From Hemiscyllium ocellatum (Eukaryota): a DNA stretch of 64,000 nucleotides. Made by a program: the position numbers and the translations under genes. Below the pieces are notes generated by a model. That model made no database searches, was not told where the DNA came from, and saw only the letters and a program-made list of their open reading frames with translations. Within the stretch, counting starts at the first letter, position 1. The number at the start of each line of letters is the position of its first letter. Location: NCBI RefSeq assembly GCF_020745735.1, contig NC_083409.1, positions 12,647,259 through 12,711,258 of the forward strand, written 5' to 3'. This document shows, piece after piece, positions 12,780-25,069 of this stretch.

Positions 12780-15600
12780 TGATCTTGGCAGATATGCTTC
12801 TCACCCCCATTCTCCTGCCTGCTCCACAGGAACGTTCGATCCCCTTAACAATCACAAACCTATCTATCTCTGTCTTTAATACACTCAGTGACTTGGCCTC
12901 CACTGCCCTCTGTAACAATGAGTTCCACAGATTCACCACCCTCTGGCTGAAGAAAGTCCTCCTCATCTCAGCTCTAAAGGGTCGGCCCTTCATTCTGAGG
13001 CTGCACCTTGGTTACCGAGTCTCTCCTGTTTTTGGAAACATCTTCTCTGCATCCACTCTACGCATGTCTATCAGTATTCTGTAAATTTCAATAAGGTCCC
13101 TCATTCTTCTAAACTCCAGTAAGTACAGACCCAGAGTCCTCAACCACGCCTCATATGACAAGCCTTTCATCCCCAGGATCATTCTTGTAAACCCCTTCAA
13201 TGCCAGCACGTTGTTTCTTAGAATATGGGTCCCAAATCTGCTCACAATATTCCAAATGTGGTTTGACTAGAGCCTTACACAGCCTCAGCAGTACATCTCT
13301 GCTCTTGTATTCTGGCCCTACTGAAATGAATGCGAACATTTCATTTGCCTTCCCAAGCACAAACTGGACCTGCCTGTTAACCTGAAGGGAAACCTGAATG
13401 AGGTTTGTGCTTTAGATTTCCAAAGACTTTCCTCATTTAGAAAACAGTCTTTGCATTTGTTCTTCCTCCCAAAGTGCATACCCTCACACTGTCACACATT
13501 GTATTCTATCTGCCAACTCTTTGCCCACTCTCCGAGCCTATCCAGGAGCTTTTACAGCCTTCCCACTTCCTTAACACTACCTGTCCCTTCACCTACCTCA
13601 TGTCACCTGCAAACTTAGCAACAATGTCTTCACTTCCTTCATCCGGATTGTTAATGTATAACGTGAATAGTTATGGTCCTAACATTGACACCTGCAGAAC
13701 TCTACTCGTCACCAGCGGCCATTGTTCCTCATGCTCTGCTTTATGCCAACCTGCCAGTCCTCAGTCCATGCCAGTACATTGCCCCTAATACTGTGGGCGC
13801 TTATCTTATGTCAAATGCCTTCTGGAAATCCAAAAAGATTACTTCCTCGGACTCTCTTTTGTCTGATTGGTTCATTGCCTCCTCAAAGAATTCTAACAGA
13901 TTTGCCAGGCATGACGTCTCCTTGATGAAGCCATTGCACTTCCAAGTCCTCTGCAATTTCATCCTTAAATTGAAGTCTAAAACCTTACCAACAACTGAGT
14001 CCTGGCTAACTGGCCGATAATGTCCCATCTTCTACCTCCCTCCATTCTTAAACAGGGGTGGTATGTGAGCCATTTTCCTGTCCCTTGCCCCTACCAAATC
14101 CGTCCCCATCTCACCTCCACACCCTGACTCCATTGATTCCTGAAAGATCATCTCCAATACCTCCACAATCTCCTCAGTGATCTCCTTCAGAACACACTGG
14201 TGTAGTTCATCCAGTCTGGGTGAGTTATCCACATTCAGACCTTCCAGCTTCCCCAGTACCTCCTCCTTAGTGATGGCCACTCTCCGAGCCTATCCGGCCC
14301 CTCCGACCCCTGACAGTCTTGAATTACTGGGACACTGCTGGTGTTTTCCATGGTGCAGACTGATGCAAAGTATCTATTCAATTCCTCTGCTATTCCTAAT
14401 TTTCCTGTTATTCTTTCTCCAGCCTCATTTTCCAGTGATCCATAGTCTATTTTTGACTCCCTCTTCCTTTTTATACACCTGATAAAACTCCTGCAATCTT
14501 CTTTTATATGACTGGCTAGATAACTCCCACATTTCACATTCTCCACCCTTAATGCTTTTTCAGTTATCCCCTGCAGGTTTTTAAAGGCTTCCTAATCCTC
14601 CGGCTTCCCACTATTCTCCACCATATTGTATGCCTTTTCTTTTGCTTCTATGCTGTCCTTGACCTCCCCCATCAGCCATGGTTGCCTTGTCCTCCCCTTG
14701 GTATGTTTCTTCTTTTTTGGGATGAGTTCCTGATCTGCTTCCTGAATTACGCCCAGAAACTCTGCTGTTTGCTGCCCCACCATCTTACCTGCTCGGCTCC
14801 CCTTCCAACCAACTCTGGCCAGCTCCTTCCTCATGTCTTTGGAGTTACCTTTACTCAACTGAAATACTGTTCAATCTGATTGCAGCTTCTCCCTCTCAAA
14901 CTACAGGGGGAATTCTATCATATTATTGTCACTTATCCACAGGGATACTTTCATCTTAACCTCACTCATCATGTTTGCCTCAATACACATCACTGAATCC
15001 AGACCTGCCTGTTCCATCATGGCTCAACCACAAGCTGCTCCAAAATCCATCTCGTCGACATTCCATGAAACCTTTCCTTGAGATACACTACCCAGCCCAC
15101 CGATCCATTGAAGTCTGCCCTGACATTTTCTGTCTCCTGACTGATTTCCTTCCCCACACCCTGATTACTGCTTGGAGATCTGGACATAACTTGCATCAGA
15201 TTCTTTATTTATTGCAGTTCCTCAGCTCTACCCACTCACATTCTACACCTTCTAACTCTACATCACTTCTTGCTATTGATTTAATTTCATTTCTCACTAA
15301 CAAGGCAACTCTTCCCCCTCTGCCCATCTGCCTGTCCTTTTGATAGGACATGTAACCTTGGATATTTAGTTCCCAGCCCGAATTCCCTTACAGCCATGTC
15401 CCTGTGATACCCACAACATCGTACCTGCCAGTTTCAATCTGCACTACCAGCCCATTGTGTATATTGTGTGCATTTAAGTACAACACCCTCAGTCCTGCAT
15501 TGACTGCCCTCATTCCCATCATTGTCCCCTTATCTGCTGTGCTTTATGTTCGATTCCTGATCCTTTCTGTCCTTTTACATCTTCTAGAAACTTGAATAAC
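12780..15600 (-). mobile_element. CR1 LINE ORF2 remnant
   Basis: YRPVS..VVGKVL, CLANLLEFFEE..VIFLDFQKAFD, LVKPHLEYCEQIW; many stops. Confidence 0.9.
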
Positions 15601-16099
15601 CTTTCCTGAGCCCTCCTCCACTTTAACTAGCTTAAATTCCTTAGAAACTCAATTTACCTCAATGTGTGGCATCACTATTACTCCCTTACTCGGAATGCTT
15701 TGTGCATTTAGATACAACCTCTTTAAGTTTGTACTATTATTGATTTTCCCTGCACTTTCATGGTTCCTTTGATGTTCAAAACTTCCATCCCTTTTATTTT
15801 TTGGTAACAATCAATCCCATCACTAACCAGCAATCCTACCTTCTCCTTTACCTTCCATTTTCTCATTTTCCATCCAACTGAACCAAATTCCTTTCTCTTT
15901 GGGTTGAGTTCAGGACAATATTTATCGTTGAGCCAACATCATTATTGCTTTTTGATCTCATTGCTTCTAGTGGGATCTTGCTGTGCAGAAACTGGCTGCC
16001 ACGTTACTGACATTGCAACAGTGACTGCTTGTCAACCAAAAATGCCTGAAAATGTCTTTGGGAGAGCCTGAAGTGTTAAGGGCTGGATTGAAATACAAT

Positions 16100-16780
16100 T
16101 AGAGTCAGAGGAATGGACAGCACAGAATCAGACCCTTCGGTCCAACTCGTTCATGCTGACCAAATATCCAAAATTAATCTAGTCCCATTTGCCAGCATTT
16201 GGCCCATATCCCTCTAAACTCTTCCTATTAATATACCCATGCCTTTTAAATGTTGTAATTGTCCCAGCCTTCACCACCTCCTCTGGCAGCTCATTCCATA
16301 CATTTAACACCCTCTGAATGAAAACGTTGTCCCTTAGGTCCCTTTTAAATCTTTCCCCTGTCACCGTCAGCCTATGCCCTCCAGTTCTGGACTCCCCTGC
16401 TCTGGAGAAAAGATCTTCTCTATTCACCCTATCTATGCCGCTCATGATTTTATAAACCTCTATACGGTCACCCATCAACCTGCAATGATCCAGGGAAAAC
16501 AGCCTCAGCCTATTCAGCCTCTCCCTTTTGCTCAAATCCTCCGACCTTGGCAACATCTTTGTAAATCTTTTCTGAACCATTTTAAGGTTCACAACATTTT
16601 TCCTGTAGCAGGGAGACCAGAATTGCACACAGTATTCCAAAAGTGCCCTAACCAATGTCCTGTACAGCCGCAACAGCTCCCAACTCCAATAATCATTGCA
16701 CTGACCAATAAAGGAAAGCAAACCAAATGACTTTGTCACTCCCCTACCTACCTGCAACTTCATCTTCAAGGAACTATTCT
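16100..16780 (-). mobile_element. CR1 LINE 3' fragment
   Basis: LYRTLVRALLEYCVQFWSP..VQKRFTKM..ERLNRLRLFSL..WNELPEEVV. Confidence 0.9.
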
Positions 16781-16829
16781 TCATTTTTTGGATGAACTGA
16801 GAGTCTTTCAGTTGTGAAAGATGCCATTC

Positions 16830-17030
16830 CATGGCACTATTGGATGAAGAGCAGGCAGTTCCCCCTGGTGTCCCTGGTCAATATTTATCCCCCAGTCAAA
16901 ATCACTCAGAATGTATCTCTCTGCTAATTATCACATGGTGTTTGGGATCTCGCTGTGCACAGTCTGCTAGAAAGATCCAGTGGGACATCCTGAGCTGGGG
17001 GCAGGTGCTACACAAATGCAAGTCTTTCTT
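16830..17030 (+). mobile_element. DeuSINE/SacSINE1-like fragment
   Basis: GTGTCCCTGGTCAATATTTATCCC..ATTATCACAT..GGGATCTCGCTGTGC..AAATGCAAGTCTTTCTT resembles the Deu domain and tail as I recall them; related pieces at ~15950-16060 and ~23300-23420. Confidence 0.5.
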
Positions 17031-17844
17031 TAAGGGTTGGAGTCTCCTGATCCGGATCCTCATCCATTGTCTGCGCACTCTCACCTTCCGGGGTCATGAG
17101 GTCATTAGGAGCAGTGACCCTATCTGACCCTAGGACACTGAGACTATTCGCAGCCTCACCCTTGACCTCAGCCCAGCAGTGTGCAGCAAGGTTTGAAATA
17201 TAATCTAGAACCTTCTACACAGACACCCAACGTGACTCTTTCCCGAAGTGTGTGGATCCGAGTCTGCGCCAATGTTCTCGGACAAAGTTCTCCTGATCTG
17301 TGGGTGATCGGAGGTTTGTTAAAGAGATATTGAGCTCCATCCCACTTTCCAGCTCTTGCTCCATAGCTCTGGAGGTTTCGCTGTTTCAAGTGAATATCTA
17401 AGTGTTTTTTCAATGTGATGAGGGTTTCTGCCTCTCCCACCCTTTCAGACAGTGAGTCCCACATCCCACCAACCTCTGGGTGAAAACAAATACCCTCAAC
17501 TCCCCTCTAATCCTGCCCCCAACTGATTTCAATCTCTCCCCAGGGTTATTGCCCTCTGTGCTGGTGGAAATCAGTCCTTCCTACCCACTCTGTCCAAGCC
17601 CCTCATTATTTACACACCACCATCAAATCTCCCCTCAGCCTCCTGCGATCCAAAGAAAACAGTCCCAGCCAATCCAATCATTCCGCAAAGCTCAAAGCCC
17701 CCATTCCAGATAAACTACTCCTCTGTCCTGTAATGTGGTGACCAGAACCATACACTGTTCCCTCACTGTGCTCTAACTGGGGTTTTATACAGTTCCAGAA
17801 TAAACAAACTTCTTGCTTTCACAGTCAACCAAAAATGAGATAAG

Positions 17845-18175
17845 GGAGGTGATGGTCTAATGGTGTTATTGCTGAGCTGTTAATCCAGAGATCCAGGTAA
17901 TGTTCTGGGGACCAGGGTTAGAATCCAGCAGATGGTGGCATTCAAATTCAATCAAGAAAATCTGCAATTAAGAGTCTAATGATGACCATGAAACAATTGT
18001 TGATTGTCAGGAAAAAGCATCTGATTCCCTAATGTCCTTTAGGGAAGGAAACTACCATCCTTACCATGTGACCCCAGACCCACAGCAATGTGGGTGACTC
18101 TAAACTGCCCTTTGGGTGATTAGGGATGGGCAATAAATGCTGCCGATCCAGCAATGCCCTCATTCCATCAAGGGA
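17845..18175 (+). mobile_element. tRNA-head SINE sharing its tail with the 2.3-4.4 kb LINE family
   Basis: A/B-box-like head (TGGTCTAATGG..GGGTTAGAATCC) and GGGATGGGCAATAAATGCTG tail repeated elsewhere (e.g. ~19118). Confidence 0.55.
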
Positions 18176-19311
18176 AAAAGAAAAACAGTTTATCCCATGT
18201 GTCTTCTGAACCACCTCACTGACCTGCATTCATTAGTCACCATGGCCACATCTTCCAGCTCCACACCCATCTGACTTCCAGCTTCAAACTGACGAGAGAC
18301 ATTCCTTCATTATCTGAGAAACAGATCGAAAAATCAAACACAGGAGCAGCAGTAGGCCATTCGGCCCTTCAGGCCTGCTCCACCATTCAGTATGATCATG
18401 GCTGATCATCCAACACAGTCCCCTGTTATGCTTTCTCCCCACATTCTTTGATCCCTTTAATCCTAAGAACTATATCTAATTCCTTCTTTAATACACATTG
18501 CATCTAATTCCCTTTTGCTGGAAAAATGGATGACAATTATTGGGTTGTTGTCTGTTGACCAGTATGGACGCAATTGGCTGATGAGCCTTTTCGGTCTCTA
18601 TGAATCTTTGACCCTATTATTATATATTATGAATAACTGGGTACCAAGGACTGACCCCTGTGACACCCTAAGTTGTAATTACCTGCCATTCAGAAAAAGA
18701 CTCCTTCTTTCTGTGCTGTCGGCCAACCAGTACCCAATCCATGTCAGGACATGGCCCCAATCCTCTTGTTCATTTGGTCTAGATCTGGAAGTCCCACCTT
18801 TACTCTTTGTAGGAACAGATTCTGAATGATCTCTGACTCGTCCATCGAGGGCTCCCACTGCCTTGACACTGATTTCCCATCATGTCACTGCTTCCAGTCC
18901 ACTTTTACCAAAGCACCACACAGTTTAGTTAAATGAAAACTTTTACACTTACTGCACTTCCATCCATAGTCTCAATCTCACTGAGTTTTGAGCACTGTCG
19001 CTGAAATGCTCCCCCAGTGATAACCCTTCCAGTTGCTCACAGTCATTCCATAAACAATGGTCTAAAACTGTCCCTTTTTCTCAGCTGCTTCACCATCACC
19101 TTCTCAGGGGCAATTAGGGATGGGCAATAAATGCTGGCCCTGCCAGTGACCCTCACATTCCCAAGAAGCAATTTGAACAATGCCTGTTCATTTGTCAGGT
19201 TTATTCTGTATTGACCAAAAATGTTCAAAAAGATTGTATTGCCAGTGAATATTGTGAAGGTTGAATTCCCTTCGAATGACAGGGATTAAAATTGCTCCTC
19301 TTATCTTTCAG

Positions 19312-19640
19312 GCCGTGACAACTCTCAGCCCAAGCTGACCCTGCTGCCTCCCTCCCTGGAGCAGGTCAATGCCAAGGGCACTGCCACCCTGGTGTGCCTT
19401 GCCAATCACTTCTATCCCGATGAGCTGGAGGTGCAGTGGAAGAAGGACGGTGCAGTCATTTCGGACGGGGTTCAGACCAGCAACTACCTGCGAGCTTCGG
19501 ACAGCACCTACAGTGTCAGCAGCCTGCTGACCCTCTCTGGGTCTGACTGGGAGTCCAACGCTCGCTTCTCCTGTGCCCTCACCCACGTGACCCTCCCCTC
19601 TCCCCTCAGCAAGAGCATCAGGAGATCAGAATGTGTGTAG
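19312..19640 (+). CDS. IGKC: Ig kappa-type light chain constant exon (shark NS4/type III-like)
   Basis: Acceptor TTATCTTTCAG ends at 19311; the phase-1 join A|GC gives S-RDNSQPKLTLLPPSLEQVNAKGTATLVCLANHFYPDELEVQWKKDG..YSVSSLLTLSGSDWESNARFSCALTHVTLPSPLSKSIRRSECV*. C1-set Cys/Trp and penultimate inter-chain Cys present; in frame with the V-J exon. Confidence 0.97.
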
Positions 19641-20170
19641 AGTGTTGGAGACAGTCCACAGAGGAGGCACAACTTTAAATAGAACAGGGCTGAGCTGGCA
19701 GGACAAAGGTCATTGTCAGCACTGAATTTCAACTCTCTTCCTTCTCAGGACTGGCTCAGAGAACCTTCTGAGGTTTGGATGTTAAAGCAGGTCATTGTGA
19801 CAGTGTCAAGAGAGCTTTACGCTGTGTCAAACTCCATGCTGTACCTTGTCCTGGGAGTGTTTGATGGGGACATGGTTGACTTGTGATGCCAAGTAAAATC
19901 TCTTGAAGTTGCTGAAGACTGTCAGCTGTACAAAACAATGTGGACCTCAGAATTCTCTGCTTCAGTAAACCAGATCTCCTTCCTGCTTAGCTGTCAGTTC
20001 CAATTTAAGGTTTGGTCACTGTTTAAAGGGACAGGATTATCGTGTTATTGAGAAAATCTCCACAAGTGTTTTTCTCAAGCTCCAATGTGGCTGTGAATTT
20101 GTGCAGCTTCCTCTGTCTGGGCTGTTAATTGCAGTTGTTTTTTTTCTGTCAATGTAAATCTGGAAAAGGG

Positions 20171-20176
20171 AATAAA
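20171..20176 (+). other. Candidate polyadenylation signal of the kappa transcript
   Basis: AATAAA ~530 nt after the stop codon; the same hexamer is kept in the inverted paralogous 3' UTR (TTTATT 30876-30881). Confidence 0.6.
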
Positions 20177-20651
20177 GGTGAAGATTCAGTCTCTGTCTGG
20201 TGAATGCTTTGGAAATAGATGACCTCCCCCCACCTCAGTTGATTGGCTGCATTTCAGCAGGTCATTGTCAAGATTGGCTGGTTGGCCTGTCAATCAATTA
20301 CAATCATCAATCATTAATCATTCCAAAAATAACAGAAACTGAAAGCTGTTAGGACTCAATAAGTACAATCTGATGCATTCCCTCTTCACTTTGTTGGTCC
20401 AGGCCCAGCTGATGGGATCGTACTGTGCAATCTCTGCTACATGTTGGTAAGCTGCTGAAACAATCTCCTGCCATTCACCAACATTGTCGGCCTTATGTGT
20501 CTCTCTGAGCGTGATTGTTTAATTTAATGTTGCCTGTAGGTCTCTGAGTGTGGGTGTGTTACTCAGTGAGACACCCACAGACAGCACTGAGCAACAACAC
20601 CCACATTCGGAGACTCCTGCAGGGAGCATGGAGTGTGAGCAGTGCTGCTCT

Positions 20652-20786
20652 CTCTCTCAGTGTGAGTGTGTTACTTAGTGCAGCCTGTAGGTGTCTCTCT
20701 CAGTGTGAGTGTGTTACTTAGTGCTGCCTGTAGGTGTCTCTCTCAGTGTGAGTGTGTTACTCTGTGCTGCCTGTAGGTGTCTCTCT
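20652..20786. repeat. 43-bp minisatellite, about 3 copies
   Basis: Unit CTCTCTCAGTGTGAGTGTGTTACTTAGTGC(A/T)GCCTGTAGGTGT at 20652, 20695 and 20738; degenerate copy near 20530. Confidence 0.95.
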
Positions 20787-20879
20787 GAGGTCTGTGTCTC
20801 CGAGCGATAGATTGAGAATGGGCTTTGTGCTGGGGATTGAAGATTAGGCTTTAATCTTCTCAAATCATGAATGAAAAAC

Positions 20880-22060
20880 AGTTCAGGCTTGTGCCCGAAA
20901 CATCGAATTTCCTGTTCCTTGGATGCTGCCTGACCTGCTGCGCTTTAACCAGCCACACATTTACTACAAAGTCACAGATTCCCATATCTAACTGGACCAC
21001 ACCTCCTCCCATTCAGTATCCTGCAAGAACTCCATCCCATTCTTCCAATTCCTCTGCCTCCGCCCCATCTGCTCAGATGAGGAGACCTTCCACTGACCAT
21101 AGATGTCCACCTATTACGAACAACGTGCTTTTCCTCCTTCTGTCATCCAACGCACTCCTCCCTTTCCCACTCCACTGCTCTAAATCCAGCCCCCTCCAAA
21201 CACAATTAAAACAGAGTCCCCATTGTCCTCACCTATGAGCCCACCAATCTCCGTATCCAAAACATCATCCTTAAACACTTCTGCTAACTCCAACTAGACC
21301 ACACCACCAAATACATCTTCCTCTCCCCACCACTGAATGCCTTCCATAAGGACCATTCTCTTTGACAATTCTTGGTTTGCGTCACTCTCCCACCTACCCT
21401 CCCGAATCCCAGGTACCTTCCCTGCTACTCAAAACGATGCAAAGCCTGCTGGTACTCTAATCCCTCACCTCCATCCAGGGCCCCAAGCAGTCCTCCAGGT
21501 GAGACAGAGATTCACCTGCCTCTCCTCCAACCTAATTCACTGCACCAGGTGCTCCCGATGTAGTCTTCTCTACATCGGGAAGACCAAACATAAACTTAGG
21601 GAATGGTTCACCGAGCATCTTAGCTGGGACCGGAGGGGCTGACTTGACTCCCAGTCACTATCTATTTTAATTCCCCTTCCCACTCCCTTTCTGAAATGAC
21701 CATCCTTGGCCTCCTCCATTGGCACAACAAACCAAACTGCAAATTGGAGGAACAACACCCCATATTACGCCTGGGCGGCTGACAGCCCAGAGGACTCAAC
21801 ATTGAGTTCTTCAATTTCATATAACCACCCTTCCCACTCCCCTGTCTCCCTTCCAAATCTCTCTCCCTCCCTTCCACTCCTTCCTGCCAGCTACCGCATT
21901 CATTCCTCCCATTGACCAACCAGGTCATAACCTCTACCTGTCATCACCAATCCCCACTTCATCATCCTGTTCCTGCCACCCCCTTTATCTTAGCTCTCCC
22001 TACACCCCCCCCCCCCGCCCCCCATTCTTGAAAAAGAGTTACACACCGAAATGTCAACTA
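20880..22060 (+). mobile_element. Penelope-like element fragment (GIY-YIG)
   Basis: LIHCTRCSRCSLLYIGKTKHKLREWFTEHL with pLTR-type ends. Confidence 0.8.
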
Positions 22061-22061
22061 A

Positions 22062-22684
22062 GGCGGCACGGTGGCTCAGTGGTTAGCACTGCTGCCTCAC
22101 AGCACCAGGCACCTGGGTTCAATTCCCGCCAGTCTATGTGGAGTTTGCACATTCTCCCTGTATCTGCATGGGTTTCCTCCGAGTGCTCCAGTTTCCTCCC
22201 ATAATCCAAAAATGTGCAGGTCAGGTGAATTGGCTGTGCTAAACTGCCCACAGTGTTAGTCAGGGGTAAATGTTGGGTAGAGGAATGGGTTTGGGTGGGT
22301 TGCTCTTCGGAGAGGTGGTGGAGACTTGTTGGGCTGAAGGGCCTGTTTCCACACTGTAGAGAAGGGGGCAGCATGGTGGCTCAGTGGTTAGCACTGCTGC
22401 CTCACAGCACCAGGGGCCCAGGTTTGATTCCAGCCTTGGACGACTGTCTGTGTGGATTTTGCACATTCTCCCTGTGTCTGCATGGGTTTTCTCTGGGTGC
22501 TCTGGTTTCCTCCCACAGTCCAAAGATGTGCAGATCAGGTGAATTGGCCAAGATAAATTGCCCATCGTGTTAGGTGCATTATCCAGAGGGGAAATGGGTC
22601 TGTGTGGGTTACTGTTTGGGGTCAGTGTGGACTGGTTGGGCTGAAGGGCCTGTTTCCATACTGTCGGGAATCTAATCTAATCTA
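22062..22684 (+). mobile_element. Two tandem HE1-type (V-SINE) elements
   Basis: tRNA-derived head GGCGGCACGGTGGCTCAGTGGTTAGCACTGCTGCCTCACAG at 22062 and again at ~22365; (CTAAT)n tail. Confidence 0.9.
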
Positions 22685-25069
22685 CTCCGCTGCCTGGCTT
22701 GCTGTGTTCCTCCAGCCTCCTCCCTGTCTACATTGAATGTAAACAGCAGGAAAGGGCTGAACAATCAAGTATCAGGGCCATAAACAAATGGGACATGAAA
22801 CAGATAGATGCATTGAGGTGGTCATTCACAAAGAGAAAACCAAACTGGAAATGAAACATTCAGACACAGTGGATCGAATTTAATATCAGAAAATGTGAGA
22901 CTATGCACTTTGGTCAGAATAATCTAAAGGCCGACTATTATTTAAATTGTGAGAGATTCCAACAAAGTGCAGGACAGAGTGATCTGGGTGTTCTTGTGCA
23001 TGGGACACTGAAAGTTAGTGCAGGTACAGCAAGGAATTGAGAAGGCAAATGGAATTTTCACCTTTATTGCTGGGGGTTGGAATTTAAAAGTAGAGAAGTC
23101 TTGTTAAAACTGTACAGTGTGTTAGTGAGCCTGCATTTGGATTATTGTGTGCAATTTTGGTCCCTGTATTTAAGAAAAGATGGACAGCCATTGGAGTCTC
23201 CCTCCTGCTCCTATTTCTCATGTCTTTGTGTGCTCCAGTGTCCTTCCCTCACAGCAGAGCTGGTTGGAGCCTGCCTGCAGTAACAGCCTCCAGTCTCTGG
23301 GTGGTGCTGCCAAATGATCTGCCTTGCCCAGGCTGTCACAGTTCCCACGTTACAACAATATCAGAAGTATTCCATTGGCTGCAAAACATTTTCAAACATC
23401 TTATGTTCAAGGACAGTATAACAGAAACATAATTCTCTCTCTCTTTATATTTTATCTCCATGCCTTCCCATCTATTACCTAACAACATTCTACACTTGAG
23501 TCAAGTCCAGAATTAATCATGAATCTCTGGGAGAGCTTAATCTATGACAACACTGGGATTAATGACCACTTCCTCAGTGGGCTTTGTGGGCGAAGGTCAA
23601 TAGCAGTCTCATTGTGACTTGATCTGAGTTGGTCTGAGTCAGTCAGTGTTATTGTTCTGGGTAGAGACAGTACAGACCAACCTCAGACACTGTGATCTGA
23701 TTGAGATGAAGGGTTAGCTGTGCAGGGCTTTCACACCTGGCTCACACACATAGTGAAGCAGGGATTCCCCATTTTGCGAGAGTAAATGGAACTAACAAAC
23801 TGGGTAGGCGTGACACCCCCACGCTGTCCCCAAGAGAGTGGGGACAGGAACAGTAATGTTCTCAGAGAGAAAGGATGGTAAAAATGGTACCCCACAGAGA
23901 GAGAGAGAGAGGACAGGAAGCATGACACTCCCCAGAGACAGGCAAACAGTATCTGTCTGCTCCCCACTTTCTTGTTGTGACATATGTCGTTGGGAAATGG
24001 GTTTGGTTTATATTTTCTCAATTGTATTTAGGTTTGATGAGGTGATTTGGTAACAATGATTCCAATTCCATATTTTGTGTGGCAGCAGATCTACTGAAGG
24101 TCATCCTTTCATTTGGAGGTTGCCCAGGTTTCTGTCCAGGCTGATGCAGTATGGTCTACCAGTGCTGCCCCTATTGGGCTAAACCATCACACACGAGGGA
24201 ATCTGACAGACACCTTCTCTTTGTGCTGGCAAAGGGAAAGATTTGTTTATACTGTAATTGCGGCCAAAGAAATTAGTTAGTGGATGTAATTCCAGCTGAA
24301 TATAATGTTCTGATATTCATGATGGGATTAATCACGACAGTTCCCACTTGCCTTTACACTGATGCTGGAACAGGAAGTCACCATGCAGTGATCTCCTGGC
24401 TCACACTGAGAAACCAAGTTGATGGTATAACTGCAGAGAGCAAGACAATGGCTTGGACTCACCGAACAACCAGAGGCTTCACCCAACAACTGGGTCACAG
24501 GCAAATGGAGTGTAGTGTAAACGCTCAGTATCTCAGGGAACAAGCACAACTACTGAGTTACAAAACTGAACAGGACTTTTTATGAAAATTGGCATTCCAA
24601 AAACAATACATGTAAAAATTGAGTGCAATCTCATTACAAAGACTACATCATTTTCATTGAAAGCTGGACGATAATGAGATGAGAATTCAAACAACCACCC
24701 ACTCCATCACACGGTGTTCTCATCATAACACATTTGAAAGCCTCTTAAAACATGGAAGGAGAGGGAAACATTGCAAACTATATTACCATGAGTGAGGATC
24801 CATTAAAAACTAGGATCATGAGGTTAAATGCTCCCAGCCATAAACAACACTGATGCATTCACATCATTAGTTTGTTAAATGATGTTAAAAAGTTTGCCAA
24901 CCACTTTCATGAAGAAGGAATATTTAAATCTCAAGAGGCATTGATGACTTTTTTTCAGGATTATAGCAAGGAAGCAGCAGCTGACATATGAACTTCAACA
25001 AACTAATGATAACAGGGACTGAATACAGAGCAGGCCCCTGAGAGAGAGAGAAAAATCAACAGCAGAGAT

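Noticed and set aside
22062-22130. tRNA-like sequence
   Set aside because: It is the tRNA-derived head of HE1 SINEs, not a tRNA gene.
23688-23694. CACTGTG as a possible J-RSS
   Set aside because: No GGTTTTTGT-like nonamer at 12 or 23 nt upstream and no FGxG J segment downstream.
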